Source: Escherichia coli | Lineage (GTDB): Bacteria > Pseudomonadota > Gammaproteobacteria > Enterobacterales > Enterobacteriaceae | Strand: one strand, 5' to 3' | Assembly (NCBI RefSeq): GCF_050920415.1 | Contig: NZ_CP169309.1 | DNA: 64,000 bases | Shown here: positions 44,610 through 56,795 of the stretch, piece after piece | Layout: every line of letters starts with the position of its first letter | Numbering within the stretch: position 1 is the first letter of the stretch | Position numbers and translations under genes: made by a program | Notes under the pieces: generated by a model | What the model saw: only the letters and a program-made list of their open reading frames with translations | The model's database searches: none | Told to the model about the DNA's origin: nothing

Positions 44610-44814
44610 AAAAACGCCTGCTCTTATTACGGAGCAGGCGTTAAAACAGGTCTGTATGACAACAAGTGGGTGCTTCACTCAACGTTGTGTCCATGGTGTC
44701 TGATGAGGCATAAGCGACATCTGTCAGTGGACGATAAGCACCGTAAACGGCTCTGCGTCATTCCGGAGTTTATGAGGCACTAAGGCGAACATAAGAGATG
44801 GAATGAGCATCTAC
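44610..44814 (-). ncRNA. glmZ: GlmZ small regulatory RNA, including its intrinsic terminator
   Basis: Minus-strand sequence GTAGATGCTCATTCCATCTCTTATGTTCGCC...CAGACCTGTTTTAACGCCTGCTCCGTAATAAGAGCAGGCGTTTTTTT matches my recollection of GlmZ; hemY-aslA spacer is its known location. Confidence 0.8.
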
Positions 44815-45238
44815 TCGTTTATTATGCCACAGAGAACCGTGAAATAACATCCCTTAACACTTGTTATGAGATAATTCTGTAATCCTCTTTGCTTCCTGAG
44901 TAATAACTTCCTGAGTGAATATTTCTCCTGCGCACGATTCTACACATATATATAATGAATAATAAAAGTCATTCAATTAATAACATATATATTAATTGCC
45001 GTTAAAACTAAAAACAGCATCAATAATCAACGCGATATAACATCACCGCCTTACATATCACCTGCGCCAGAGGTAGGATTGAAAACGCTCTCCTGATTTT
45101 CCAATTCATTATCTGTATAAATAAATAATTTATTTTCATCACTATTATTTATGCAATCATCCTGTCAGGGAGAGGGATCTCAATTATCAATGCTTAATTA
45201 CGTCAACATTTTGACGACATGAAACCGGAGCATTTTGC

Positions 45239-46894
45239 ATGGAATTTTCGTTTTCACCCAAACTTCTTGTTGTGGCTGTCGCCGCCGCTCTTCCACTCAT
45301 GGCCAGCGCAGCAGATACCCCGTCAACCGCCACCGCACGCAAAGGCTTTGCCGGATACGATCACCCAAACCAGTATCTGGTTAAACCGGCGACCACTATT
45401 GCCGACAACATGATGCCGGTGATGCAGCATCCTGCACAAGACAAAGAAACCCAGCAGAAGCTGGCAGAACTTGAGAAAAAAACCGGTAAGAAACCGAACG
45501 TGGTTGTTTTCTTGCTGGATGATGTGGGCTGGATGGATGTTGGCTTTAACGGCGGTGGCGTGGCGGTGGGTAACCCTACACCAGATATCGACGCCGTTGC
45601 CAGCCAGGGGCTGATTTTAACTTCGGCGTATTCTCAACCGAGTTCTTCCCCAACCCGCGCCACGATTCTCACCGGACAATACTCCATCCACCACGGCATT
45701 CTGATGCCGCCAATGTACGGGCAGCCGGGCGGTCTGCAAGGGTTAACCACGCTGCCACAGTTGCTGCACGATCAGGGCTACGTCACCCAGGCTATCGGGA
45801 AATGGCATATGGGGGAAAACAAAGAGTCGCAGCCGCAGAACGTTGGCTTTGATGATTTCCGCGGCTTTAACTCGGTATCTGATATGTATACCGAATGGCG
45901 TGATGTTCATGTCAACCCGGAAGTCGCCCTGAGCCCGGATCGTTCTGAATACATCCAAAAACTGCCGTTCAGCAAAGATGACGTTCATGCCGTGCGCGGC
46001 GGTGAACAGGAAGCCATTGCCGACATTACGCCGAAATATATGGAAGATCTGGATCAACGCTGGATGGAATATGGCGTTAAGTTCCTCGACAAGATGGCAA
46101 AGAGCGATAAGCCATTCTTCCTCTACTATGGCACTCGCGGCTGTCACTTCGATAACTACCCGAACGCCAAATATGCGGGTAGCTCTCCGGCGCGCACCTC
46201 TTACGGCGACTGCATGGTGGAGATGAACGATATCTTCGCCAATCTGTATAAAGCACTGGAGAAAAACGGTCAGCTTGATAACACGCTGATTGTGTTCACC
46301 TCTGATAACGGTCCGGAAGCTGAAGTTCCGCCGCACGGTCGCACGCCGTTCCGCGGTGCGAAAGGTTCTACATGGGAAGGCGGCGTTCGTGTGCCAACCT
46401 TCGTTTACTGGAAAGGGATGATCCAACCGCGTAAATCTGACGGTATTGTCGATCTGGCGGATCTCTTCCCTACGGCGCTGGATCTGGCAGGACATCCTGG
46501 AGCGAAAGTGGCGAATTTAGTGCCGAAAACCACCTTTATTGATGGTGTGGACCAGACATCTTTCTTCCTGGGAACAAATGGTCAGTCTAACCGTAAGGCC
46601 GAGCACTACTTCCTCAACGGCAAACTTTCTGCTGTGCGTATGGATGAGTTTAAATATCACGTACTCATCCAACAGCCATACGCTTATACCCAGAGCGGGT
46701 ATCAGGGTGGATTCACCGGCACAGTAATGCAAACGGCGGGATCGTCGGTGTTTAACCTGTACACCGATCCGCAGGAAAGCGACTCTATCGGCGTGCGCCA
46801 TATCCCAATGGGTGTACCGCTACAGACCGAAATGCACGCGTATATGGAGATCCTGAAAAAATATCCGCCGCGCGCGCAGATTAAATCTGATTAA
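45239..46894 (+). CDS. aslA: AslA arylsulfatase-family protein, 551 aa
   Basis: [28 protein letters not shown]...; sulfatase motif [15 protein letters not shown]. Confidence 0.9.
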   Translation: MEFSFSPKLLVVAVAAALPLMASAADTPSTATARKGFAGYDHPNQYLVKPATTIADNMMPVMQHPAQDKETQQKLAELEKKTGKKPNVVVFLLDDVGWMDVGFNGGGVAVGNPTPDIDAVASQGLILTSAYSQPSSSPTRATILTGQYSIHHGILMPPMYGQPGGLQGLTTLPQLLHDQGYVTQAIGKWHMGENKESQPQNVGFDDFRGFNSVSDMYTEWRDVHVNPEVALSPDRSEYIQKLPFSKDDVHAVRGGEQEAIADITPKYMEDLDQRWMEYGVKFLDKMAKSDKPFFLYYGTRGCHFDNYPNAKYAGSSPARTSYGDCMVEMNDIFANLYKALEKNGQLDNTLIVFTSDNGPEAEVPPHGRTPFRGAKGSTWEGGVRVPTFVYWKGMIQPRKSDGIVDLADLFPTALDLAGHPGAKVANLVPKTTFIDGVDQTSFFLGTNGQSNRKAEHYFLNGKLSAVRMDEFKYHVLIQQPYAYTQSGYQGGFTGTVMQTAGSSVFNLYTDPQESDSIGVRHIPMGVPLQTEMHAYMEILKKYPPRAQIKSD

Positions 46895-46930
46895 GCCGGC
46901 GCTATCGCTACATCGGGCCACACTGACCTT

Positions 46931-47034
46931 GCCGGATGCGGCGTGAACGCCTTATCCGGCCTACAAGCCTTGCAAATTCAATAAATTGCAGCGTCCTGTA
47001 GGCCGGATAAGATGCGTCAGCATCGCATCCGGCA
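46931..47034. repeat. REP pair (BIME) between convergent aslA and aslB
   Basis: gccggatgcggcgtgaacgccttatccggcctac ... gtaggccggataagatgcgtcagcatcgcatccggca. Confidence 0.8.
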
Positions 47035-47068
47035 ATCAACCGCAGGCGGCCACAAAATGGCTGCTTTT

Positions 47069-48304
47069 TTACTTATTCACCACCATCAAATGCGCCTGCA
47101 TAATGTCGCTGGCCGGGCGACCGTGCGCCAGCAAATCAGCCATTGCTTTAAGATATGGCGGTAGATAGCGGAAATAACGCTGATACCCGGCACACAAATA
47201 ATTCAGCCCCGGCTTACCGCTGGCATCGAGCATAAAGCGATGTTTCGGGCAGCCTCCCCAACATGCTTTTAACACGTTACAACTGCGACACTGCGCCGGT
47301 AACAGCTTAAATTTATCTTCTCCAAACACCTGCTGCTGCGGGGAATCTACCATTTCTGCAATTGTTTGCTGAAGCATATTCCCCAGTCGATATTGCGGAT
47401 AAACATAGTGATCGCAGGCGTAAACGTCGCCGTTGTGTTCGACAATCACCGAGCGTCCACAAGTCGGCTGATGATGGCAAACCGCACCCGGCGCACCGAC
47501 AAAATTGGCAAACGCCCATTCGATATTCATCACGAAAATCTTGCCGACGTCACGTTTGATCCAGTGGTCAAAAATTGCCACCAGAAACTCACCGAACTCA
47601 TCGGGGCGCACCGACCATTCTGTCAGTTCCCCCTGAATATCACCAGGCGCATGTAATTTCAGTCCATTGCGGGCAGCTGTTTCATCAGCCAGGCGCTCCA
47701 CCACCGGAATAAACTGGATAAACTCAACGCCTGCATTGCACAAAAAATCATAAACCTGTAACGGTTGCTGCGCGCTGGTGCGGTTGACACAGACCAGCAC
47801 GTTATAGTCGACATGATGTTTTTGCAGGAGCGTCAGGGCACGCATCACCAGCTTATGCGTGGGTCTGCCACCTTTGGTCACGCGATAATGATTGTGGATC
47901 TCAGCCGGACCGTCCAGCGATAACCCAACCAGAAAATGATTTTCTGCCAGAAATGCACACCATTCATCATCGAGCAGCACACCGTTAGTCTGAAAGCTGT
48001 TACTTATCTTCCTGCCAGCACCATATTTCGCCTGTAGCGCCACGGCACGTCGGTAAAAATCCAGCCCGAGTAACGTTGGTTCGCCGCCCTGCCAGGTAAA
48101 AGCCACTTCGTTTTGGGGTTCGCTGGCGGCGATATAGTGACGGACATACGCTTCCAGCGTGTCATCGTCCATATGCGCAACTGGCTTTTCGCGGTAAAGG
48201 GATTGTTTTTCGAGATAAAAACAGTAGTCACAGTTCAGATTACAATCGGAACCGCTTGGTTTCGCCATCACATGAAAAGCACGCGTTGGAACCTGTTGCA
48301 GCAT
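47069..48304 (-). CDS. aslB: AslB anaerobic sulfatase-maturating radical-SAM enzyme, 411 aa
   Basis: Track frame to 48334; start set at MLQQVPTRAFHVMAKPSGSDCNLNCDYCFY... (CxxxCxxC radical-SAM motif). Confidence 0.9.
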   Translation of the reverse strand: MLQQVPTRAFHVMAKPSGSDCNLNCDYCFYLEKQSLYREKPVAHMDDDTLEAYVRHYIAASEPQNEVAFTWQGGEPTLLGLDFYRRAVALQAKYGAGRKISNSFQTNGVLLDDEWCAFLAENHFLVGLSLDGPAEIHNHYRVTKGGRPTHKLVMRALTLLQKHHVDYNVLVCVNRTSAQQPLQVYDFLCNAGVEFIQFIPVVERLADETAARNGLKLHAPGDIQGELTEWSVRPDEFGEFLVAIFDHWIKRDVGKIFVMNIEWAFANFVGAPGAVCHHQPTCGRSVIVEHNGDVYACDHYVYPQYRLGNMLQQTIAEMVDSPQQQVFGEDKFKLLPAQCRSCNVLKACWGGCPKHRFMLDASGKPGLNYLCAGYQRYFRYLPPYLKAMADLLAHGRPASDIMQAHLMVVNK

Positions 48305-48413
48305 GGTCGCTCCTTGCCCGAAGTCATCCTTCAATACGTTAAGGGCGAAATCATACCGTGTAGCAATGAGTGATTACGGGCGTTTATTGCGAAGGGAGAG
48401 TGATGAAATGCAC

Positions 48414-48444
48414 AGAAAACAAAAAACCCCGCCGAAGCGGGGTT
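48414..48444 (-). terminator. Intrinsic terminator of the tRNA operon
   Basis: CCCCGC-cgaa-GCGGGG hairpin with A-run on plus strand (U-run on minus). Confidence 0.75.
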
Positions 48445-48450
48445 CAAAAT

Positions 48451-48527
48451 TGGTCGGCGAGAGAGGATTCGAACCTCCGACCCACTGGTCCCAAACCAGT
48501 TGCGCTACCAAGCTGCGCTACTCGCCG
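48451..48527 (-). tRNA. proM: tRNA-Pro (UGG)
   Basis: Minus strand CGGCGAGTAGCGCAGCTTGGTAGCGCAACTGGTTTGGGACCAGTGGGTCGGAGGTTCGAATCCTCTCTCGCCGACCA. Confidence 0.9.
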
Positions 48528-48569
48528 AAATACTGCTTTTTGAATTTTTAGTTCAATTCTTTAAAGTCG

Positions 48570-48656
48570 TGGTGCGAGGGGGGGGACTTGAACCCCCACG
48601 TCCGTAAGGACACTAACACCTGAAGCTAGCGCGTCTACCAATTCCGCCACCTTCGC
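48570..48656 (-). tRNA. leuT: tRNA-Leu (CAG)
   Basis: Minus strand GCGAAGGTGGCGGAATTGGTAGACGCGCTAGCTTCAGGTGTTAGTGTCCTTACGGACGTGGGGGTTCAAGTCCCCCCCCTCGCACCA. Confidence 0.9.
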
Positions 48657-48676
48657 ATTGTCACAACTTCTAATAA

Positions 48677-48753
48677 TGGGGTGGCTAATGGGATTCGAAC
48701 CCACGACAACTGGAATCACAATCCAGGGCTCTACCAACTGAGCTATAGCCACC
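48677..48753 (-). tRNA. hisR: tRNA-His (GUG)
   Basis: Minus strand GGTGGCTATAGCTCAGTTGGTAGAGCCCTGGATTGTGATTCCAGTTGTCGTGGGTTCGAATCCCATTAGCCACCCCA, with extra 5' G. Confidence 0.9.
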
Positions 48754-48810
48754 ACTACAAATCTTGTTACGCGGTATTACTACCACCGCAGCTCAAGCGC
48801 CGGGACTAAA

Positions 48811-48887
<77 letters not shown>

Positions 48888-48989
48888 TTAGCGCCGTTGC
48901 GGGGGTGGATAATACGGACTTCCCACCCCTCTGTCTAGTCCCTTTTTAAATAAATTGCGCGTTTGGTTACGGTTTGTGCGTTTTGCTGC

Positions 48990-50375
48990 TTATTCCTCCA
49001 GTTTATGCGCTTTACCGTGGCGATTAAGCCCAAAAACTTTATAAATTGCCGTCACCGCCAGCATAAAGATGATGCCGACAAACAGCGACATACGCGTATC
49101 TTCATTAAAGTACATGCCGATCAAAACGCAAATCAGGAATGCCATTGTTACGTAGTTGGCCCACGGGAACAGGATTGAGCGGAACGGATGGCTGGCAATC
49201 GCCGCTTTATGCGCACGACGAAAACGCAGCTGGCTTATCAATATCACAAACCATGGCACCATCCCCGGAAGCACGCTGGCACTGTAGACATAGACAAACA
49301 CACGCTGTGGATTGGGAATGATGTAGTTCAGGCATGAGCCAATTAACAGAATAGCAATTGATACCGCCACGCCTGCAACCGGAACACCTTGACGGGAAAC
49401 TTTCGCCATTGCCGCCGGTAACTGACGGTTTTTCGCCAGTGCGTAGAGCATACGTCCACAACTGTACATGCCGCTGTTACAGCCAGAGAGCGCAGCCGTC
49501 AGTACCACAAAGTTGATAATACCCGCCGCTGCGGTAATGCCGATTTTGGCGAAAGTCAGTACGAACGGGCTGCCGTTACTGCCTATTTCATTCCACGGGA
49601 AGATGGTGACGATAACGAAAATCGCGCCTACGTAGAAAATCAGGATACGCCACAACACCTTGCCTACGGCACTGCGCAGCGTCACCTGCGGATTCTTCGC
49701 TTCACCGGCAGTAATGCCAATCAGCTCCACGCCCTGGTAGGACGCCACCACAATACACAATGCGGTCAGGAACCCTTTCCAGCCACCCGCAAAGAAACCG
49801 CCATGCTCTGTGAGATTGCTAAAACCAATCGACTGCCCGCCATTGCCAAAACCAAAGAAAATTACGCCCAGGCCAATGACAATCATCACGATAATCGTGG
49901 TGACTTTGATCATCGCGAACCAGAACTCGATTTCGCCGTACAACCGCACTGCCGCCAGATTCGCCAACGCCACCAGCGCCACCGCGATCAATGCGGGTAT
50001 CCACTGCGCCATCTCCGGGAACCAGAACTGGACATAAACGCCAATGGCGGTGATTTCTGAGATCCCCACCGCCATCCACATAAACCAGTAAGACCAGGCG
50101 GTGAGATAGCCAAAAAACGGGCTCATATAACGATGCGCATAAACGGCGAACGAACCGGTAACCGGTTCGAGGAACAACATTTCGCCCATTGAACGCATGA
50201 TGAAAAAGACGAACAGCCCGGCGATGATATAGGCCAACAATACGGATGGCCCGGCCCATTTCAGGGTACTGGCGGCCCCCATAAACAGGCCGACGCCAAT
50301 GGTGCCCCCCAGGGCGATGAGTTCGATATGTCGAGCTTCCAGCCCACGCTGTAGCTCTGGTTTGTTATCTGCCAT
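48990..50375 (-). CDS. yifK: YifK APC-family amino-acid permease, 461 aa
   Basis: [36 protein letters not shown]... Confidence 0.9.
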   Translation of the reverse strand: MADNKPELQRGLEARHIELIALGGTIGVGLFMGAASTLKWAGPSVLLAYIIAGLFVFFIMRSMGEMLFLEPVTGSFAVYAHRYMSPFFGYLTAWSYWFMWMAVGISEITAIGVYVQFWFPEMAQWIPALIAVALVALANLAAVRLYGEIEFWFAMIKVTTIIVMIVIGLGVIFFGFGNGGQSIGFSNLTEHGGFFAGGWKGFLTALCIVVASYQGVELIGITAGEAKNPQVTLRSAVGKVLWRILIFYVGAIFVIVTIFPWNEIGSNGSPFVLTFAKIGITAAAGIINFVVLTAALSGCNSGMYSCGRMLYALAKNRQLPAAMAKVSRQGVPVAGVAVSIAILLIGSCLNYIIPNPQRVFVYVYSASVLPGMVPWFVILISQLRFRRAHKAAIASHPFRSILFPWANYVTMAFLICVLIGMYFNEDTRMSLFVGIIFMLAVTAIYKVFGLNRHGKAHKLEE

Positions 50376-50565
50376 AAATCCTCGTGTTGTGTTTGCATGC
50401 TTTCCGGTGTTACCGGTTATCGTTATGGGTACATCGAGTGTTGCGAATGTTTTCGTAATTCAGGAGAAATGGCAAATAAAGCATTAAAAATTTGAATGCT
50501 TTGTGTAATAAAAAGACAGGCAGGCGACGAAGTGACCACTCCGTCGCTTTACAGAGAGAGGAAAA

Positions 50566-51306
50566 TCAGAGGTTGCCGGTGTAATGCCAGCGTAAATAAC
50601 GCAGCAAACGAAGCTGACGCTTAATGCGGCTCGGCTGCGAAAGCAGGCGGTAGAGCCACTCCAGCCCCAGCGTTTGCCAGATTTTCGGTGCGCGTTTCAC
50701 GTGACCGGTGAAAACATCGTAAGTCCCGCCAACGCCCATATACAGCGCTTCTGGATGCACCAGACGGCAGTCGCGCATGAAGATCTCCTGCTTTGGCGAT
50801 CCCATCGCGACGGTGACGATTTGCGCTCCGCTGGCATGAATGCGTTCAAACAGCGCCTGACGCTGCTCGGGTTTAAAATAACCATCCTGACTGCCAACGA
50901 TATTCACATTCCACTGATTGCGCAGTTTAGCTTCAGTTTGCGCCAGCACTTCAGGTTTACCGCCCACAAGAAATACCGGCGTCCCTTCTTTGCCTGCGCG
51001 CGCCATCAGCTCTTCCCAGAGATCGGCCCCGGCAACGCGGGAAACCTGCGCCTGCGGGTACTTTTTACGTACTGAACGTACAACGCTGATGCCATCAGCA
51101 TATTTAAATTCGGCAGCATTAATTAACTCCCTGACCTCGGCGTTATCTTCAATGGTCAGCATTTTTTCGGCATTAATGGCAACCAGCGTTCCCTGCTTAA
51201 GCTGCCCGTCAGCAAACAGATAATCGAGGGCGTGCTGCATATCACGCCAACCAATCAACTGTAAGCCACGCAGCGTATAGGTCGGTGCTGTGGTGTTGTT
51301 ATTCAT
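50566..51306 (-). CDS. wecG: WecG (RffM) UDP-ManNAcA transferase, 246 aa
   Basis: [31 protein letters not shown]... Confidence 0.95.
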   Translation of the reverse strand: MNNNTTAPTYTLRGLQLIGWRDMQHALDYLFADGQLKQGTLVAINAEKMLTIEDNAEVRELINAAEFKYADGISVVRSVRKKYPQAQVSRVAGADLWEELMARAGKEGTPVFLVGGKPEVLAQTEAKLRNQWNVNIVGSQDGYFKPEQRQALFERIHASGAQIVTVAMGSPKQEIFMRDCRLVHPEALYMGVGGTYDVFTGHVKRAPKIWQTLGLEWLYRLLSQPSRIKRQLRLLRYLRWHYTGNL

Positions 51307-51308
51307 TG

Positions 51309-52661
51309 TTATCCTTCAACCTGCGTCCGGAGCGATGATTTTGTACGTTTATGAATGAGTCCGGCGCTTTCAAAAAGCCAGTACAACAGTTTTGCGATCA
51401 TCAGACATGCGCCGAAGACCACGATAAAAAAGACCACGCGTGAGACAAACGAATCCAGCCCTTCACGCGCCAGCACGATCATATTGAAGATCGCCCCGAA
51501 GCAGAAACTGTGCAATATCGCAGCCTTATAGCGATTAGTTTCGCGATTGCCCAGTTCATACAGCCAGTCGAACCATTTGATGATCAGTCCAACCACAATC
51601 GCCCCGAGCGGGATGAACAACGCGCCGCCCATAACAACCAGTGAGCCTATAAGAGTAGGCGAGATCGCCAGCCCGGAGTGGTTATTCAGCACTTCCCAGG
51701 TAAAGTAGTTGGCGGAGTTCAGTACCATACTCGGGCGACCCGGCCACAGCCAGGAAGGGATAAAGACATAGAAATCGCGGACAATGGGAGCCAGGCCCTG
51801 GAAGTCGATGTTGTCGTAGTTCTGCAACAGCAATGCCAGATTCTCCCACGGCGAAAAGGTATCGCGGGTGAGATAGAGAAACGTATAGAACGCTTCATCG
51901 CCGCTCACATTCATTCCATAGCGTTTTAGCGCCAGCCAGAACATGCCCACAATCCCCAGCACGCCCGCCGCCGCCAGCATCCACAACGAAATCCAGCCGC
52001 GAATAATGCCAATAAACAGGAAGATAGCGAATGCGATGATGATATTGGCGCGAGTGCCGCCGACAATCATATAAGTCAGCAAGCCAAAGGCGACCGTGCT
52101 GACGAGGAAAAACAGCCACGCTTTGCTGTCCTGGCGCAGAAAATAAACCACCAGCATCGCCGGGATGAAAAAGTAAAAGAAACGTTTTAACGCCACGCCG
52201 GAGACTTCACTGGAGAAGATCTGACTGTAGGAGTTAAGACGGAACAGCAAAAAACCGTTGTGCATGAAGAAGATGCCGACGCTTACCAACGCAATGCCCA
52301 TCAGGATCACCCACGTGAGATTGGTCTCCACGCGGTTCATGGTAAACAGCGGACGGCGCGGTACATCAGCAACGCGTTTGCGTAGGCGGGTTTTGTAGGT
52401 GACATAGTAAACCGCGTAGAAGCAGCCCGCAGAAAGCAACGCCTGCAACAAGATTTCTGGCGGCGCAACACCAACATCAAAGCGAAATACCAGCACGCTG
52501 GTCAGCGGAAAGCCGAAGAAAAAGGTGAGCAAAAACAGCAATGAAAAGAAGACATTGAAGTTAAAGCGCACACGGCGAAACTCAAACCAGGTCAGCGTGG
52601 CAATAAACAGCGTGCAGAGCAGCCAGACAACAAACAGGCCACTGAATTGCAGCAGACTCAT
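51309..52661 (-). CDS. wzyE: WzyE ECA polymerase, 450 aa
   Basis: [31 protein letters not shown]... polytopic. Confidence 0.95.
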
Positions 52662-53737
52662 GCGACCTCCCCGGCGGCAATCGCCAATGCCCGCTGCCAG
52701 CCTTGCAGATAGTTCGGGCTAAAGAAGGCAATGGTGTTTTTATCCACCGACGCCAACTGGCGCTGCGCTTCACGCACAATATCCTCGTTGAGATCGTCGG
52801 TAGTAAACAGCACCGGCAAATGCTGTTCCGTCATATCCTGCCAGAACGGATTTTCCCGGTTAAGCACACAAGGAATACCCGCCTGAATCAGTAAGCACAG
52901 CGTACCAATGCCCTGCTGGCGGGCAAAAATAAAGTAACCGAGATCGCACTGACGAAGTAGCGCCAGATAGGCATCAAATTCCAGTTTTTCGCTCAGAACT
53001 TGCAGATTTTCTTCGCTGAATAACGCCAGCCCCGCCTGGCGAACTTCATTGATATATGCATCGTTATTGGGTGGATATCCCATAGGCACCACGACTTTTA
53101 CCGTATCGCCAAATTGCTGATGAACGGCGCGTAAGGCGGCGACATGCTCATTGCTGCGGTCACCGGAGTTCCCCACCAGAATGGTCATTTTCCCTTCACG
53201 TAGGCGATCGTTCGCCATCGTATTGAGAGAAGGGTCCATCCGCGTCGGGAAGTACAGCAGTTCGCCCCGCACCTTTGGATGCGTTTTGGCAAAAAAACTC
53301 AAATCACCGCGGGTGGCAAATACACAGCCGACTCGCTTTTGCGCCAGACGGCGCAGCGGATAAAAAAGCTTATATCTCAAGCCACTGGAAAGCTCATACA
53401 GGTCTGCCCCCCAGATATGCCAGAAAAACTGGCTGGGCTTAATGCCACCACTCAGCAGAGCCAGCCACAGTTTGGGATTGAACTGACCGTGGAAAAAAAA
53501 TCGCTGCTGACGGTTAGCTTTTGCTTTCGCGATGACCGCTTCCGCCAGCGATTTTTTCCCAGGGAAAAATTGCACAGAAAGCGCCGGACAGCTATCACTT
53601 AAGCCGTCGTCCTTGCCAACAACCATAAACTCGCGCGCGTGCTCGCTCGTCGCGGCCAGCGCGTCGTTGAAAAACCGCAGAACGGTTTGGTTATGGTGAG
53701 GGATATCCGATCCCAGTACGTGAATCAGTACAGTCAT
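52658..53737 (-). CDS. wecF: WecF (RffT) 4-alpha-L-fucosyltransferase, 359 aa
   Basis: [33 protein letters not shown]... Confidence 0.95.
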
Positions 53738-54984
53738 GCCCGCCTACGCCAGAGTAAAAACACGCCACAACAAAGAGAAAAATAGACGATATAGGTTGCC
53801 ATATAGGCCTGCGCCGCGCCCAGTGCACCATGCGCAGGGATTAGCCAGTGGGCAAATACCATCAATAAAGTGAACTGGCTGACTTCCGCCAGAATATAAA
53901 ACCGCAGTGACGCTTTGGCGATCACCAGATAACCAAAGACATAAGCGCCCACTTTTAACACATCACCCACTAACTGCCAGGCAAAGAGATCGCGCATAGC
54001 GGTAAATTTATTCGACAACAGCAGCCAGATAGCAAAATCACGCAGCAACCAGACGGTAAAACTCGCCGCCGCCACTGCCGGTAAGACGAATTTCAGCGAT
54101 TTAACCACTTCCCGGGTGATATCGCGCTTTTCCGTTAGCCGCGACAACGTGGGCAGCAAATATACGCTGAACGATGCCGTAATAAATTGCAGGTAGGCAT
54201 CGGAAATACTGCTCACCCCTTGCCAGATCCCCACTTCATCCCAGCTATACTGCGCCGCCAGCAGTTTACGCATCATGATGTAAGCAACGGGCAAGGTCAC
54301 CGACGTAATCAACGCCATGAGCGTAAATTTGCTCAACTGCCCTGCCAGGCCGTTATCCCAGCTGGGTTTCAGATAGCTTAACGGGATGGCACCACGTTTG
54401 ATCAACATGATGACGGCAGGAATCACCACCAGCGCGGGAATCAACGCCAGCCCCAGCAACGCCCCTTCATAACCACCCAAACGGTAACTGACGTAGTACG
54501 CGAGAACGCCAATCAAGCTGCCGACAATCAGCGATAACGCATTACCTGCGGCATCGCGAAAGCCTTTCATCAACGCCAGTAACAGGTTGCCCCAGGCGAT
54601 CCCCATTTGCACCAACGCCACTAAACGCACCAGCCCCTGATAGTCGGTATTACCAAACAATCCCTGGCTAATTGGCGCTGCCGCCAGCACAAAAACCAGC
54701 GCCATCAGCGTAGAGAAACCAAGCACCATCGCTGATGAAGTGCCGACCACGCGACGCAGCTGCTGCGGATTATCATGGTACTGAGCAACGTATTTGGTTA
54801 CGCCATTAAAGATGCCCGCCCCGGCAAGCACGCCGAGCACGGTAATCAACTGGCGGAAATTTGCCGCCAGCCCAAGCCCCGCCGGACCAAATGACACCGC
54901 CAGCAACTTACCGACCAGTAACCCTGCACCAATCTTGACCAGTGTACTGGCCGCCGTCCATAAGGACGCTTTTGCCAACGACAT
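53734..54984 (-). CDS. wzxE: WzxE ECA lipid III flippase, 416 aa
   Basis: [39 protein letters not shown]... Confidence 0.95.
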   Translation of the reverse strand: MSLAKASLWTAASTLVKIGAGLLVGKLLAVSFGPAGLGLAANFRQLITVLGVLAGAGIFNGVTKYVAQYHDNPQQLRRVVGTSSAMVLGFSTLMALVFVLAAAPISQGLFGNTDYQGLVRLVALVQMGIAWGNLLLALMKGFRDAAGNALSLIVGSLIGVLAYYVSYRLGGYEGALLGLALIPALVVIPAVIMLIKRGAIPLSYLKPSWDNGLAGQLSKFTLMALITSVTLPVAYIMMRKLLAAQYSWDEVGIWQGVSSISDAYLQFITASFSVYLLPTLSRLTEKRDITREVVKSLKFVLPAVAAASFTVWLLRDFAIWLLLSNKFTAMRDLFAWQLVGDVLKVGAYVFGYLVIAKASLRFYILAEVSQFTLLMVFAHWLIPAHGALGAAQAYMATYIVYFSLCCGVFLLWRRRA

Positions 54985-54985
54985 A

Positions 54986-56116
54986 TCAGGAGAAGTAATT
55001 CAACAAGGTCGCAATTACCGTACGCTGATTGACGGGCGACAGGTTGTAGAACAGCGGCAGGCGCAGCAGGCGCTCGCTCTCTTTGGTGGTGTAGCGATCT
55101 TCACCGTGGAACTCACCAAAGCGTTCCCCCGCAGGGCAACCGTGCAGCGGAATGTAATGGAACACCGCCATGATTTCCGCTTCTTTCAGAAAGTTAATCA
55201 ACGCGCTCCGGTCATCAATATCCCGCAGTTTAATGTAGAACATATGCGCGTTCTGCACGCAGCCATCGGGAATCGACGGCAGCTCGATACGCCCGGCTTT
55301 CGCCAGAGGTGCTAACGCATCGTAGTAGTTTTGCCACAGCGCCAGACGTTGCTGATTGATACGATCCGCTGCTTCCAGTTGCGCCCACAGGTACGCGGCT
55401 TGCAGATCGGACATCAAATAGCTGGAGCCAATATCGCGCCAGGTATATTTATCAACCTGACCACGGAAGAACTGGCTGCGGTTAGTCCCTTTTTCACGGA
55501 TGATCTCGGCTCGTTCGATTAACGCTTTATCGTTAATCAGCGTCGCGCCGCCTTCACCGCCCGCCGTGTAGTTTTTGGTTTCATGGAAGCTAAAGCAGCC
55601 AATATGACCAATGGTTCCCAGCGCACGCCCTTTATAAGTGGACATCACGCCCTGAGCGGCATCTTCCACCACAAACAGATTATGCTTTTTCGCCAACGCC
55701 ATAATGGTGTCCATTTCGCAGGCCACACCCGCGTAATGCACCGGCACGATAACGCGCGTTTTGTCAGTGATCGCCGCTTCAATCAGCGTTTCGTCGATGT
55801 TCATGGTGTCCGGGCGAACATCCACAAAGACGATTTTCGCGCCACGCAGCACAAAGGCATTGGCGGTGGAGACAAAGGTGTAGCTCGGCATGATCACTTC
55901 ATCGCCAGGCTGGATATCGAGCAGCAGCGCCGCCATCTCCAGCGAAGCGGTGCAGGATGGTGTCAGTAACACTTTGGCGCTGCCAAAACGTTGCTCCAGC
56001 CACTGCTGGCAGCGACGGGTAAAACCGCCATCCCCACACAGTTTGCCGCTACCCATTGCCGACTGCATATAGTCGAGTTCGGTTCCCACCACCGGCGGTG
56101 CGTTAAATGGAATCAT
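54986..56116 (-). CDS. wecE: WecE (RffA) TDP-4-keto-6-deoxyglucose aminotransferase, 376 aa
   Basis: MIPFNAPPVVGTELDYMQSAMGSGKLCGDGGFTRRCQQWLEQRFG... Confidence 0.95.
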   Translation of the reverse strand: MIPFNAPPVVGTELDYMQSAMGSGKLCGDGGFTRRCQQWLEQRFGSAKVLLTPSCTASLEMAALLLDIQPGDEVIMPSYTFVSTANAFVLRGAKIVFVDVRPDTMNIDETLIEAAITDKTRVIVPVHYAGVACEMDTIMALAKKHNLFVVEDAAQGVMSTYKGRALGTIGHIGCFSFHETKNYTAGGEGGATLINDKALIERAEIIREKGTNRSQFFRGQVDKYTWRDIGSSYLMSDLQAAYLWAQLEAADRINQQRLALWQNYYDALAPLAKAGRIELPSIPDGCVQNAHMFYIKLRDIDDRSALINFLKEAEIMAVFHYIPLHGCPAGERFGEFHGEDRYTTKESERLLRLPLFYNLSPVNQRTVIATLLNYFS

Positions 56117-56120
56117 GTGA

Positions 56121-56795
56121 TCACCTATATAACCAGTACGCGGTGCTTTCTACATTCGCACCACTTTGTATGTATCGTTTAAGCGCGGCGGTGTTGCCCA
56201 TCTGGGTCGCCACCCGCAAAGTTGTTTTACCGCGAGCATACGCCCAGTTTAGCGCTGTTTGCATCAGCTCAGCACCTGCACCGCGTCCAGCCAGCAGGCC
56301 AATTCGCGCATCTGTCGCATTGAGTTCCCGTAAAGAGACATAGCCGCGAATATCGCCGGACGCCGAACGTAAAATGAGGCATTGATGATCAAAGGTGCCG
56401 CGCACGGCATTTTCAACCCACTGCGCATAAAAGCGACCGCTGGCGTCAGGCGCATACCACGGCGCACGAAAACGGCTTTGCGCAAATGCGGCACTGGCTA
56501 ACTCACGTAATACGGGAATATCTGTCTCTTGTGCCACTTCTGCGCCGCTATCACTGACATTGTTCACGGGTAGCGCCAAATCAACTTCACCTTCAACCAG
56601 GCAGAATCCCAGCTGTTGCAAGGCATCCAGCTCAACAGTATTTGATGCAGCAATTTTGGCCTGCACTCGTGACCACGGCGCTAACGCGTCTGGCGTCAGG
56701 AGTGGCGCATCAGGAGTGATGCGCACGATAGCGCTGTTAACGCCAAAGAAGGCATTTTCCCAGGCTAGTGGTTCAATACTGGCGCGGACGGGCAC
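56121..56795 (-). CDS. wecD: WecD (RffC) TDP-fucosamine acetyltransferase, 224 aa
   Basis: [28 protein letters not shown]...; GNAT fold C-terminus. Confidence 0.9.
   Translation of the reverse strand: MPVRASIEPLAWENAFFGVNSAIVRITPDAPLLTPDALAPWSRVQAKIAASNTVELDALQQLGFCLVEGEVDLALPVNNVSDSGAEVAQETDIPVLRELASAAFAQSRFRAPWYAPDASGRFYAQWVENAVRGTFDHQCLILRSASGDIRGYVSLRELNATDARIGLLAGRGAGAELMQTALNWAYARGKTTLRVATQMGNTAALKRYIQSGANVESTAYWLYR

Noticed and set aside
48303-48755. Track ORFs 48303..48551 (+) and 48561..48755 (-) as protein-coding genes
   Set aside because: They overlap the tRNA-Pro/Leu/His genes and the operon terminator; the tRNA cloverleaf sequences explain the region
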